Virus record (IMG/VR): IMGVR_UViG_3300027969_000046
DNA: 64,000 nt
Source of the DNA: a virus
Reading direction: 5' to 3' (one strand)
How positions within the stretch are numbered: the first letter of the stretch is position 1; every line of letters begins with the position of its first letter. Both the position numbers and the translations under genes were made by a program. This document shows, one piece after another, positions 37,119-46,851 of the stretch. The notes below the pieces were generated by a model. The model saw only the letters and a program-made list of their open reading frames with translations, made no database searches and was not told the origin of the DNA.

Positions 37119-37615
37119 AATTATACTTAGATATGGATGGCGTAATTGCCAACTTTGAAAAGCGATACATTGAATTATTCGGTGAATCGCCAGGTTCATC
37201 ACGGGATAGAAAACAATTTAGTAATAACTGGACTGTTTTTGTTGAAGGTAAAAACTTTGAAACTCTTAATTGGTGGCCAGGTGGTCCCGAATTAATCACA
37301 TATGTTCAGAAAAACTTTTCGCATGAAAATGTGGAAATTCTTACATCATCTGGTGGTAACAAATACCATAGTGAAGTAGAAGTTCAAAAGAATGTTTGGA
37401 TTAAAAAAATGAATCTTTCCGAAAAATGGAAAGTCAATGTAGTAGCAGGTAGGAAATTAAAGGCGGAGTTTGCAACTCCAGATAGTATCTTAATTGATGA
37501 TACCTTAGATGTTATCGAAGCCTTTAACAAAGCAGGAGGCATAGGTATTCATCACAAGGATGTTGGCAATACTATCATGTTGCTAGATATTCTTTTGGAC
37601 AAAGCACATAAATAA
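37115..37615 (+). CDS. HAD-family 5'(3')-deoxyribonucleotidase
   Basis: LYLDMDGVIANF, ILTS, ILIDD, AGGIGIHH. Confidence 0.85.
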   Translation: MKLYLDMDGVIANFEKRYIELFGESPGSSRDRKQFSNNWTVFVEGKNFETLNWWPGGPELITYVQKNFSHENVEILTSSGGNKYHSEVEVQKNVWIKKMNLSEKWKVNVVAGRKLKAEFATPDSILIDDTLDVIEAFNKAGGIGIHHKDVGNTIMLLDILLDKAHK

Positions 37616-37645
37616 AGTTATATTATGATACTGTGGACAAGAAGT

Positions 37646-37689
37646 TATACATTTAATACAAATACATTTTTATACGAGGTAATACAATG
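37646..37689 (+). promoter_or_regulatory. Unstructured ATAC-repeat leader, candidate gp32 autogenous translational operator
   Basis: TTATAC ATTTAATAC AAATAC ATTTTTATAC GAGGT AATAC AATG. Confidence 0.5.
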
Positions 37690-38583
37690 AGTTCATTTGC
37701 AAATCTAAAGCGCAATCGTAGTTCCATGGACAAACTAACCAAGGCGATTGAAGCTACCCAATCCGGTTCATCAGAATCCGGTTCAAAAGACGATACTCGC
37801 TTTTGGCAACCATCAGTAGATAAATCTGGCAACGGCATGGCTGTTGTTCGTTTTCTCCCAGCACCAGCAGTTGATGGTGATGATGCCTTACCGTGGGTTC
37901 GCACATTCAGTCACGGATTTCAGGGACCTGGCGGTTGGTTCATTGATAACTGTTTGACTACTTTGAATGATAAGTGTCCAGTCTGCGAACATAACAATGT
38001 TCTGTGGAATTCTGGCATCGAAGCAAACAAAGAAATTGCTCGCAAGCAAAAGCGTAAGTTGACATATATTGCCAACATTTTGGTTATTTCAGACCCAAGC
38101 AATCCTGAAAACGAAGGTCAAATCAAACTGTATAAGTTTGGTAAAAAGATTTTCGACAAGATTTCTGAAGCGATGAATCCAGAATTCGCTGATGAAACAC
38201 CAGTTAATCCATTTGATTTGTGGGATGGTGCAAACTTTAAGTTGAAGATTCGTAATGTTGAAGGCTATCGTAACTATGACAAGAGTGAATTTGCCGATGC
38301 AAGTCCTCTCTTTGAAGGTGATGATGCCAAATTGGAAGAATTGTGGAAGAAAGAGTTTTCTCTTAAAGAGTTTACTGCCTCATCACAGTTCAAACCATAC
38401 GAGCAGTTGAAAGGTCGTTTGGACAAAGTTCTAGGTGCACCAGTTGCAGCTAGTAAGGCAGAAACTGCTGATATTAGTCCATTCAAGTCGGAAGAAGCTA
38501 AAAGCATTCCTTCTGCAAAGGCGCCTTCATTAGTTGAAGATGATGATTTGGATTACTTCAAGTCATTAGCAGACGCTGAATAA
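37687..38583 (+). CDS. gp32: Single-stranded DNA-binding protein gp32
   Basis: DTRFWQP..DKSGNG.AVVRFLP, HGFQGPGGW, NC.TT...CPVC, FGKKIFDKI, acidic tail. Confidence 0.96.
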   Translation: MSSFANLKRNRSSMDKLTKAIEATQSGSSESGSKDDTRFWQPSVDKSGNGMAVVRFLPAPAVDGDDALPWVRTFSHGFQGPGGWFIDNCLTTLNDKCPVCEHNNVLWNSGIEANKEIARKQKRKLTYIANILVISDPSNPENEGQIKLYKFGKKIFDKISEAMNPEFADETPVNPFDLWDGANFKLKIRNVEGYRNYDKSEFADASPLFEGDDAKLEELWKKEFSLKEFTASSQFKPYEQLKGRLDKVLGAPVAASKAETADISPFKSEEAKSIPSAKAPSLVEDDDLDYFKSLADAE

Positions 38584-38603
38584 AAGTCCCATGCAAGTGC
38601 GCT

Positions 38604-38629
38604 AGACCCCTGCTTCGGCAGGGGTTTTT
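38604..38629. terminator. Terminator between convergent blocks
   Basis: ACCCCTGC-TTCG-GCAGGGGT-TTTT. Confidence 0.85.
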
Positions 38630-40304
38630 ACGTGGCTCTTGCCAACAAAGCACCGTTTGTGGAAGTATTATCCTTTGGTGCACCAGCAAGTTGAGTGTTT
38701 GTTGAATTATTATTATTGATTGTGGTATTCTTAACAATTATTGGTGCTGAAGGTTTGCTTTGCTGCCTTTGACCAACAGCAACATCATTAGACGCTTGAG
38801 AAACGGCTGATCCTGAAGTTGGTGCAGAAGCTTCGGCAGTTAATTTGGTGTCTTTAGTTCCCTTACTAGCATCAACGGCTTCTCCAGTTTTATTGGCAAC
38901 AATTGGAGCATCTCCTGTGCCAACAAGACCGGTAGGTTGAATATGCCAATCTTCATTTGGTACAGGTCTAGTTAAACCAAATTTCTCTAACCATCCTGTT
39001 GAAGCAGTTCTTGTTCCTGCTAATTCATTTAAGAAACCCATTGGACTGCCTGTGCCTTTTGGCCCAGCAGTCGGTGCAATATCAATTGCTAATTCTTTTT
39101 CGTGGAAACTTCTGCCAGGTTTAGCAGCTCGAGGCGAACCATACTTAGCGTATAGTTTAGCTTGTTCTTCCGTGCTTCTATAACCAGATGTAACAATTAA
39201 TTTTTTACCTGTTTTCTCTTTGAAGTCCGCAGCCATAGCGGCTAAGCGTTTTTCAAATTCAGAATTAAATTTCATATCTACACCAGAAGAAACACTAACC
39301 ACGGAACTCAAAGATGATGGCGCAGCTGCTTGAGCGCTTGGTCCCGAAGGTTTTGGTGTAGGTGCAGTCATTGGCGCTGGCGCTGTTGGTGCAGCTGCAG
39401 GCGCTTCAGTTACCATATTTGTCTTTGCACCACTTTCAGTTGTTACTGGTGTTTGTGTTGGTGCAGAACTTGGTGCAGGTTTTGGTTGTTCTTGTTTTTG
39501 AACTGGCGCTTGTGGTGCTGGTTCTGGTTGCTTAGGAGCTTCTTTAGTTTCAGTTTCAACCGATACTGCTTTTGGTTGAATACCAACACCTAAGAATTTT
39601 TTTACCTTATCAAACTTCTCTACAAATAAATCTCCAAATCCAAAAAACTCAGCAACAGATTTTAGAATTTTTTCAATTGCCCCTAATCCCCAATCATAAA
39701 AATCAGAAACCATTTTTTTATCAATTAAACCAAAAGTAAAGAATTCAACTATACCTCCAACTCCTGCCTTAAATGCTTCCCATATGGAACCAGTTTCTTT
39801 CCATGTATCAAAAGCGGATGTAAATCCTTCAAATAATGCGGAGAATATAATTAATGGTAATGCAAGGCGCCCAAGAATCTTCATAAAATTCTTAGGGTTA
39901 AAAATTGCTTTGAAACCTTTCAAAAGTTTTTCACCAATGGATACAACTTTACCGCCAACTTTTGTTGATTTGAATTTGTCAAACATCTTCTTGCCAACTT
40001 TGCCAAATAAACCAGTACCTTCTTCTTTCTTAATTGGTGTTACTTTTTTAGCAGTTCCTTTTTCTTGCTCAACAGATAATTTTCTTTCAGCTTCACCTTC
40101 TTTTAAGAAATGAGTATCTGCACCTTTTGCAGCTTTACCACCTCGCATCTTAACCATCTTTTGAAGATTCTGCCTAGCAACATTTAAATCTCTAGCAATA
40201 AATGGTAAACTAAGAAAACTTTTAGCAATTATTTTAGCTAAAATAACGGATTCGGATGGAGAAGAACTGACTGTTCTATCTATTGTTGGAGATTTATTTG
40301 CCAT
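38628..40304 (-). CDS. Tape-measure/baseplate-hub-like protein with M15 (D-Ala-D-Ala) peptidase domain
   Basis: Helical hydrophobic N-terminal part, P/A/T linker, TSGYRS...PGRSFH...AIDI...EDWH zinc-peptidase motif. Confidence 0.7.
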   Translation of the reverse strand: MANKSPTIDRTVSSSPSESVILAKIIAKSFLSLPFIARDLNVARQNLQKMVKMRGGKAAKGADTHFLKEGEAERKLSVEQEKGTAKKVTPIKKEEGTGLFGKVGKKMFDKFKSTKVGGKVVSIGEKLLKGFKAIFNPKNFMKILGRLALPLIIFSALFEGFTSAFDTWKETGSIWEAFKAGVGGIVEFFTFGLIDKKMVSDFYDWGLGAIEKILKSVAEFFGFGDLFVEKFDKVKKFLGVGIQPKAVSVETETKEAPKQPEPAPQAPVQKQEQPKPAPSSAPTQTPVTTESGAKTNMVTEAPAAAPTAPAPMTAPTPKPSGPSAQAAAPSSLSSVVSVSSGVDMKFNSEFEKRLAAMAADFKEKTGKKLIVTSGYRSTEEQAKLYAKYGSPRAAKPGRSFHEKELAIDIAPTAGPKGTGSPMGFLNELAGTRTASTGWLEKFGLTRPVPNEDWHIQPTGLVGTGDAPIVANKTGEAVDASKGTKDTKLTAEASAPTSGSAVSQASNDVAVGQRQQSKPSAPIIVKNTTINNNNSTNTQLAGAPKDNTSTNGALLARAT

Positions 40305-40305
40305 A

Positions 40306-42099
40306 TTACGCAGCTAAAAGTTTTGCAAATTCGGTATCGTAAACATCAACAATTTGTGGAGTTGGTTCTTTACCGGCTGAACTACTATTGTTTGTAACTG
40401 AAGAATTTGTGGTTTGATTACCTGTATCAGCGGCAGATTCCATTCGTTGCTGTTCTGCAATATCAGCCGAGGCTTTATCCAATTCGGAACCACTTGTTGT
40501 TGGTTCAGCATTCATTGGAGATGGAGTTGCATTAGCAGCTGAAGCAGATTTTTCATCAGATTCTACTGAACCACCAGAAGAACCACCACCAACGGCCGGT
40601 GCAGATGATTGTGGTTCTATTTTCTTTTCTTTTATTACATTTTCAATTTGTTCTTTAATTGTCTTATCTAATTCAGGACTTCCTGTTGTTCCTTCTTTTG
40701 CCATTTTTTGTGGATCAGGCAATGGCATATTAAGAAGTTTAGATGCTTGTTCAACAATTAATTTTTCAGCTTCTTTAGCATCTTTAGGTAATTCAAAAGA
40801 TGGTGAATTATCATTAGCTGATTCATTACCATACTTTTCTTGCAAAGCTTTAGCGTCAGCGGAATATCCACTCATACTGCCAGTTTTTGTATCTCCAGAT
40901 GGAGTTGGTGATGCAACTGGTGTTGATGAACCAGACTTAACATCAGCTACAGCTGGTGTTGTTGTCTTTTGGGGTTCTTCACTCTTTGGATCATTTTTAA
41001 ATGGATAGAATGGGCCAAGTGCAATCTCTTTTGGTGCACCAAGTTTTTGTAAAACGTTAGGAATAGGAATAGAGATTTTAGGAATACCAATATTATTGGC
41101 AACCCAATCTTTAATTGCTGTAAATGTTTCAGAAATTGATTGTATGATTGGGTTAATAAAACCCTCAACAGCATCAAACATTTTCTTAACACTATCCTCA
41201 CCAAATAAGCCAAATGTTAAGAAATCTACGATGCCGCCTAGACCTGCAATAATGGCATCTTTAATAGAACCAGTTTCTTTCCACTTATCAAATGCAGCTG
41301 TAATGCCTTGAAATAAAGCAGCAAATATCGTTGCAATTACAAATACTCTACCTAAAACTTTTAATAGATTAGCCGGACTAAAAATAGACATAATTCCTGC
41401 AAGTAATCCATTTTTAAAGAATCCAAGAATTGTATCTAATATGCCACTTTCTTTTTCTGGTTCTTTCTTTTCACCTTCTTTAGCTACTGGTTTAGGCGCA
41501 TATTTTTGCCTATCAACCTCTAATTTGGTTTCAGCCTCATCAGCTTTAAGAAAATAACTATCTGCACCAGTTCTTGCTTCAATTTGGTCTTTTTTACTTT
41601 TATTTTTATTGTATTCTTTTGCTTCCATCTTAACAAGTTTAACTATGTTTTGACGAAGCACATTCATATCTCTTGCCATCAAATGTAATGACAAGGCATT
41701 TTTAGCAATAATTTTTAGGAAAGAATTTAATTCGGAAAAACTACCAGATTCAACTGAACCTGCTGATGAAGGAGAGTTTTCATCTCCTTCTTTATTATCT
41801 TTAGACTTATCTCTAAACTTACCACGCATATAGGCAGAGAGTATATCATCTCCACCAAATGCACCCTTAATAAATTGTTTCTTAATATTTTTTGGGTCTA
41901 ATTTCTTTTCAAGTCCTTTTTTAGCATCAGAGAACCCACCCGTAATTGCTTCACCAAAACCGGCACCTTCCTCAAGACGACTTTTAACACTACCCGAAAA
42001 GTCATCACCATGCCCTTCGGACATTTTCTTTTTTAAGGCTTTAGCATCCTTGTAACCAAGTTCTTGTGCTAAAGCTTCGAGGATAGGTTTTTTTGCCAT
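40306..42099 (-). CDS. Tape-measure/baseplate-hub-like protein, paralogue of the downstream gene
   Basis: Shares ARDxNVxRQN, GADxxFLK and WKETGSI...GGIVxFxTFGL blocks. Confidence 0.65.
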   Translation of the reverse strand: MAKKPILEALAQELGYKDAKALKKKMSEGHGDDFSGSVKSRLEEGAGFGEAITGGFSDAKKGLEKKLDPKNIKKQFIKGAFGGDDILSAYMRGKFRDKSKDNKEGDENSPSSAGSVESGSFSELNSFLKIIAKNALSLHLMARDMNVLRQNIVKLVKMEAKEYNKNKSKKDQIEARTGADSYFLKADEAETKLEVDRQKYAPKPVAKEGEKKEPEKESGILDTILGFFKNGLLAGIMSIFSPANLLKVLGRVFVIATIFAALFQGITAAFDKWKETGSIKDAIIAGLGGIVDFLTFGLFGEDSVKKMFDAVEGFINPIIQSISETFTAIKDWVANNIGIPKISIPIPNVLQKLGAPKEIALGPFYPFKNDPKSEEPQKTTTPAVADVKSGSSTPVASPTPSGDTKTGSMSGYSADAKALQEKYGNESANDNSPSFELPKDAKEAEKLIVEQASKLLNMPLPDPQKMAKEGTTGSPELDKTIKEQIENVIKEKKIEPQSSAPAVGGGSSGGSVESDEKSASAANATPSPMNAEPTTSGSELDKASADIAEQQRMESAADTGNQTTNSSVTNNSSSAGKEPTPQIVDVYDTEFAKLLAA

Positions 42100-42290
42100 T
42101 ATCGTTTCGCTTGTTTTTGCAATTTAATTCGTTCTCTTTCTTCTTCAAGGTACTTCATCAATAAACTCAGGTAAATATTTCTTTCCCAAGGTAACATATT
42201 CTCAAGCTCAGTCAAACTATACTTGTGGTGTTGCATCAAAGCAAAGTTTGTCTGATAGTAGTTACCTAATGTATCATAACGAAAAATTAG
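42099..42290 (-). CDS. gp51: gp51-like baseplate hub assembly protein (first in-frame ATG at 42236; may be reached by -1 frameshift from gp26)
   Basis: LGNYYQTNFALMQHHKYSLTELENMLPWERNIYLSLL motif; not in ORF track. Confidence 0.8.
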   Translation of the reverse strand, partial: LIFRYDTLGNYYQTNFALMQHHKYSLTELENMLPWERNIYLSLLMKYLEEERERIKLQKQAKR

Positions 42291-43018
42291 ACGAAAAAAC
42301 TTTGGAGACCCTTAATCGTAATATCTTCTTCATATGCACATTTTGGACATTTGAAGTGGACATCTTTTTTGATTTCAGGCATTGTATCAAAGAATTTTTT
42401 AATCTTTTCTAAATCTTTTTGTTGTAGGTTATCTACAAATTCTTCCAATTCTTCTTTGGTAGAATCTTTGGCATAGTAGATTTGGTCTTTATCATAAATG
42501 TAATCAATACAATCAACCAAAATTTTAGTCATAACTTCTTCTTCGCTAATCGTATCATATCTTTGAATCATCTCAAAAGTAGGATATTTTAGGCAAATAC
42601 CAAGATTTTCAGTTAGCTGAACCTTGTTAGTGTGTTCTGGATTGATTGTTGGTTCTACTTCAAGGATATTCAATTTGAAAGAAACTGAGCCATTACATTT
42701 AACCTTAACACCTTCTTCGTTATCAACCTCATTGTTACATTTGTATTTTAAATCTACAACTTCTTCTACTGACCTAGCACGCAGGTGCATGAACAAGTAT
42801 TCCAAATCAAATGTTGGAAGATTGTCAACATCAATCTCATCCAAAATACAATTCTTCAATACCTGACGGATAGTATTAATGGTTTCTTTAGCATCATCTG
42901 CCTCAGAAGCCATTAAAAATAATTTTTGTTCCTTCACAAGAAACGGACGATATCTGATAGTTTTACCAGATGATATCAGTTTTACCGTATATGTTGGAAT
43001 GTCTAACTTTGGTAGCAT
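42287..43018 (-). CDS. gp26: Baseplate hub assembly chaperone gp26
   Basis: LPKL..PTY, YRPFLVKEQK, FDLEYLF..LRARSV.E, FFDTMP, CPKC, GLQSFF. Confidence 0.9.
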   Translation of the reverse strand: MLPKLDIPTYTVKLISSGKTIRYRPFLVKEQKLFLMASEADDAKETINTIRQVLKNCILDEIDVDNLPTFDLEYLFMHLRARSVEEVVDLKYKCNNEVDNEEGVKVKCNGSVSFKLNILEVEPTINPEHTNKVQLTENLGICLKYPTFEMIQRYDTISEEEVMTKILVDCIDYIYDKDQIYYAKDSTKEELEEFVDNLQQKDLEKIKKFFDTMPEIKKDVHFKCPKCAYEEDITIKGLQSFFV

Positions 43019-43037
43019 AATAACCTCGCTTTAATAA

Positions 43038-43802
43038 TTAAAAAATTCTACTAGTAATCGCCCTACCTAATGGCAATGCTGACACAGCAGCACTACCAAA
43101 TAACGCAGTTGCAGCCGCAGCCAGGTCATAAGACCCCTCGTAAATGGTGCGGTATTTTTGATAAGCAAATTGGACTGATAGACGATGAAACCCATCTTCT
43201 GACCAACTTAACTGTTGTGGTGCAATTCCAATTGGAAAAGCATCTATCAATTCGACAGCATGAATCTGTTTAATAAACTCATCATACTGTATAATTTTAA
43301 TGTTTGTCATGTACCGTGATTGAGCACCTTTTGGAAATCTCATGTTATTTGTATCGCCTGGATGAATTGATTCCATCCAACGGTCAAATAACTTTCTTTC
43401 ATAGAACTCATTGGTACATAAAAATGTAAGTGCTGTATCAGCGTATTGTGTTTGATATGGTACCTTAAATATGGGACCGTAAATCTTAACATCAGCTGTC
43501 TGTAATGTTTTACCAGGCAATTCAGCGTTTTCACATTGTAATGCTAAATATCTGGACAAAGAAGAATTGGATGTCTTTGAATATTCGTCTTGTGTTCCTT
43601 GACGACCAAACGCCGAACCAATGGCATCACTCACATCGGTGAATACAGAGTTAGGGAAATTCAAAATCTTATTAATGATTGAATTGCCAACAAAACTATT
43701 GATGTATGGTGGAATAGGAAGAATAACCTCAAAGCGAGAAGGCTTTGCAAGTCCGTCCTTTGCTCTTATATTCGATAAAAATAAATTTGGTGAAAATGAC
43801 AT
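43038..43802 (-). CDS. gp54: Baseplate tail-tube initiator (gp54/gp19 family)
   Basis: GLAKPSRFEV, CENAELPGK, FDRW, IIQYD, AFPI, VQFAY. Confidence 0.7.
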   Translation of the reverse strand: MSFSPNLFLSNIRAKDGLAKPSRFEVILPIPPYINSFVGNSIINKILNFPNSVFTDVSDAIGSAFGRQGTQDEYSKTSNSSLSRYLALQCENAELPGKTLQTADVKIYGPIFKVPYQTQYADTALTFLCTNEFYERKLFDRWMESIHPGDTNNMRFPKGAQSRYMTNIKIIQYDEFIKQIHAVELIDAFPIGIAPQQLSWSEDGFHRLSVQFAYQKYRTIYEGSYDLAAAATALFGSAAVSALPLGRAITSRIF

Positions 43803-44381
43803 TTAGAATTTTTTCCTAGAATCTGTCCATACTTTGTTTTTCGTTGCGCCGTCAAAATACTCATATGGGATTAAGGCGGCAATATCCCACTCATCGGCAG
43901 TAATCTCTAAGAATCTGCTTTTGACTTGTTTGTAAAGGTACTTCTTAATACAAGGAAGACCTTCGTAAATTGTGCTGGCATTTTTAAGAACATTATAAGT
44001 TAATCGAAGCTTTGTCGTTTCGTCATACTTATGGTTATTCAAAAAATGACTCAGTTTGTCTAAAAGAATGACACGTTGCTTTGGACTGATATAATGTAAA
44101 TTCAGTCCTAAAAAACCGTCTTGGTATCGTTCAATTGGTATAACCAATGGGAACCTGTCGTAATATGGCAACATATCTTTCGTTTTTGCGTCATAGAAGT
44201 AAAAATACATCCGACCCAATATGGACTTATCTTTTAATTTCTCACGGTCTTTCATCAATGCCGTGCGGTTAGGACTCAAGTCTTTAACCTTTGCTTTTAG
44301 CCAATCTCTTGCTTCACTAGTTCTGGATTCATGGCCAGATTTCTCTAGTTCTTCCTTGATTCGCTGGATTAAGTAAGCCAT
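43803..44381 (-). CDS. gp2: DNA end protector gp2
   Basis: GRMYFYFYDAKTK..LPYYDRFPL, GLNLHY, CIKKYL, VW.DS. Confidence 0.92.
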   Translation of the reverse strand: MAYLIQRIKEELEKSGHESRTSEARDWLKAKVKDLSPNRTALMKDREKLKDKSILGRMYFYFYDAKTKDMLPYYDRFPLVIPIERYQDGFLGLNLHYISPKQRVILLDKLSHFLNNHKYDETTKLRLTYNVLKNASTIYEGLPCIKKYLYKQVKSRFLEITADEWDIAALIPYEYFDGATKNKVWTDSRKKF

Positions 44382-44387
44382 ATCGTC

Positions 44388-44395
44388 TATTTATA
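44388..44395 (-). promoter_or_regulatory. T4-type late promoter
   Basis: TATAAATA on the minus strand just upstream of gp2. Confidence 0.8.
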
Positions 44396-44468
44396 CTAAA
44401 AAAATAAGGCTTAAGATTACCTTGATTTTGATGGCGGAACCTTATAAGTATCGGTGTCCGGTTTTAAG

Positions 44469-44900
44469 TTAGATACCTAATTCCTTCTCTGTTACCAATA
44501 GGAACTTCCAACCATGTTCCTGACAGAAGATATCAGCAGCTCTCCACTTTTCTTGATTGACCGCAAAGGTTGCCATTTCTTGAATCATCCGTCTAGTCTT
44601 TTTCTTTTGCGTGGGCATCTTGGTTTGAGCTAATGGTTTGACTTCAATAATGTAGGTCATCACTTTTCCATCCTTCAATTTCATCTTTGCAATAAAGTCT
44701 GGAAAGTATTTGTGTTTCTTATTATCTACTGGAGATATGTAAGGGATAGGTAATTCTTCAGACCCCCACCATATTACACTTGGATGTTCATCCAACCATT
44801 TCATTACACGCACTTCCCACGTTGACCGATAGACGATATTTGTAGCATCGCCTTTATATTTTTGTGGGTTTTTTGGTTTAAACCATCCTCGATATGACAT
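44469..44900 (-). CDS. gp4: Head completion nuclease gp4
   Basis: PKNPQKYKGD...YRSTWE, WGSEE..IPY.SP, YFPDF, IEVKP, NQEKW. Confidence 0.93.
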   Translation of the reverse strand: MSYRGWFKPKNPQKYKGDATNIVYRSTWEVRVMKWLDEHPSVIWWGSEELPIPYISPVDNKKHKYFPDFIAKMKLKDGKVMTYIIEVKPLAQTKMPTQKKKTRRMIQEMATFAVNQEKWRAADIFCQEHGWKFLLVTEKELGI

Positions 44901-44905
44901 AAATA
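44898..44905 (+). promoter_or_regulatory. Late promoter variant
   Basis: CATAAATA upstream of gp48; similar nATAAATA at 37607, 49249, 54227, 62721 and 62729. Confidence 0.65.
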
Positions 44906-44936
44906 GTATCTAGTTAACCCTTTCCGTGGAAAATAT

Positions 44937-46202
44937 ATGTCACTTTTCGGTTTCTCCGATATTTCTTTTGATAAAAATGTGGTATCAAAAGTTGGCCCTC
45001 TTGGCAAGCTTGTTGGTAGTGAGTTTGAAAAAAACACATATCGCTATCCTTTAGATATTGGTAATGCAGATAAAGGCCATTACCTAATGATTTATATTCG
45101 CCAACAGGATAGAAGTTCATTTAAAACTACTCCTTTTGCTGCCGGTAATGCTGGTTTTGCAGCAGCTGCTAACAATTTGCAGAACAAAGCAAAAGCAGAA
45201 ATTCAAAGTGGTTTGCAAGCTGCACAAAATAAATTAAACACTGCCATTGGCGGTGACCTTCTTAGTAAAGTAAATACTAGCAATCTTGGTGGTACAATTT
45301 CAGGATTTCTTGGTGATGCATACAATGGTGTTGTTGGTGGTATAAACAATCTTTTTGGTCAAACAGGTGTTACATTTGGTGGAAGTTCTGCTCTAACAAA
45401 ATCAGTTATTGATACCTCAATCAAAAACATTACAAATCAAAGCTTTTTAAAAATTACAAGTTTGACAACAGACGCTATTGCTCTGTATATGCCAGACTCT
45501 TTATCCTATACTTATTCACAATCCTATGACCAAATGGAATTAGGTAATGAATTAGGTGGTAAAGTATTAGCGGCTGGTAGTTCCGCAAAAGAAGCTTTTC
45601 AATCTGGCAAAGGTGCATTACAATCTTTAGGAAAAGCAGGTGCAAGCGCTGGTAAAAGTGCGTATTATGAGGGTGCAGATGTGGTGCGAGCTGGTGTTGG
45701 TGGTTTAGTTGGAGAAAATACTGCAAGATTAGGATTTACCGCTGTTACTGGTGCAGTTAGAAATCCAATGCTTGAAATGATTTATAAGTCACCAAATTTT
45801 AGAACATTTACATTTGATTTTGTATTTTATCCAAGAGATGAAAAAGAAGCTCTTGAAGTTCAGCGAATAGTAGAGCGTTTGCGTTTTCACCAAGCGCCAG
45901 AATTAGTAAAAGGTGCTTCTGGATTTTTAATTCCTCCATCTGAATTTGATATTAAGTTCTACTATGGTGGCACACAAAACCCCAACATTCCTCCAATTTC
46001 AACTTGTGTTTTGGAAACAATTAATGTTGACTATGCACCAAACGGATTCTCGGCATATGAAGTGCCTAATGAGTCGCAGCCGTCTTTAGGTCGCACAGGT
46101 ATGCCAGTAGCCATGAAAGTTAGTTTGTCATTTAAAGAAACCACTTACCTTACAAAATCTGATTTTAGATGGAAAGAAGGCAACTCACAGGCTAAGAATT
46201 AA
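44937..46202 (+). CDS. gp48: Baseplate tail-tube cap gp48
   Basis: YPLD, IALYMP, NP.LEMIYKSPNFRTFTFDF.FYPR..KEA, CVL..INVDYAPNG, LSFKE. Confidence 0.85.
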   Translation: MSLFGFSDISFDKNVVSKVGPLGKLVGSEFEKNTYRYPLDIGNADKGHYLMIYIRQQDRSSFKTTPFAAGNAGFAAAANNLQNKAKAEIQSGLQAAQNKLNTAIGGDLLSKVNTSNLGGTISGFLGDAYNGVVGGINNLFGQTGVTFGGSSALTKSVIDTSIKNITNQSFLKITSLTTDAIALYMPDSLSYTYSQSYDQMELGNELGGKVLAAGSSAKEAFQSGKGALQSLGKAGASAGKSAYYEGADVVRAGVGGLVGENTARLGFTAVTGAVRNPMLEMIYKSPNFRTFTFDFVFYPRDEKEALEVQRIVERLRFHQAPELVKGASGFLIPPSEFDIKFYYGGTQNPNIPPISTCVLETINVDYAPNGFSAYEVPNESQPSLGRTGMPVAMKVSLSFKETTYLTKSDFRWKEGNSQAKN

Positions 46203-46203
46203 T

Positions 46204-46851
46204 ATGGCAAAATACTTTAATTATTTTCCTAAAACATTTTATAGTGCCAACAATAACAATACTGGTTTAGATAGTGTTACCAATATTACTGCTCGGTTTG
46301 GTTTTGAAAACTCGTTAAAACAGAATTCATCGGCATTTTACAAATATAACATTCAAGAATCTGATACTCCAGAAATTATTGCTCGTAAATTTTACGATAA
46401 TTCTGAAAGACATTGGATTGTGTTACTGTTCAATGATATTCTTGATGCACAATATGATTGGCCATTAAATGAAAAAACATTGGTAAATTATGTTGACGCC
46501 AAATACACGGCAAATGGTTCAGCAAATACTAAAGTTCAAACTGGATTAGCTTGGGCAATGGATACAAATAATGTTCATGCCTACTATAAAATTGTTACAA
46601 GAACATCTTTTGATGGTACACAAACTATTGAAAAATTAAAAGTTGATTCCAACACATATGCTAATGTAACTCAAAGCACAAACACATTTAACTTAAATGA
46701 TGGCACAACTATTACACAAGTTGTTACAAAAGAAAAAGAATCATATTACCAATATGAAGTTGATTTAAATGATACTAAGCGAGAAATTAAATTGCTTAAA
46801 CCTGAATTTGTTTCTTCAGTAGAAAAAGAATTTAAAAAAGTGATTAAATAA
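46204..46851 (+). CDS. gp53: Baseplate wedge gp53
   Basis: YFNYFP, DTPEIIA..FYD...HWIVLLFN, WPL, KREIKLLKP. Confidence 0.88.
   Translation: MAKYFNYFPKTFYSANNNNTGLDSVTNITARFGFENSLKQNSSAFYKYNIQESDTPEIIARKFYDNSERHWIVLLFNDILDAQYDWPLNEKTLVNYVDAKYTANGSANTKVQTGLAWAMDTNNVHAYYKIVTRTSFDGTQTIEKLKVDSNTYANVTQSTNTFNLNDGTTITQVVTKEKESYYQYEVDLNDTKREIKLLKPEFVSSVEKEFKKVIK

Noticed and set aside
44417-44450. Fifth class-2 promoter (TTACC-N21-TATAAG)
   Set aside because: Imperfect -10 and points antisense into gp4; cannot be distinguished from chance or a late-promoter variant
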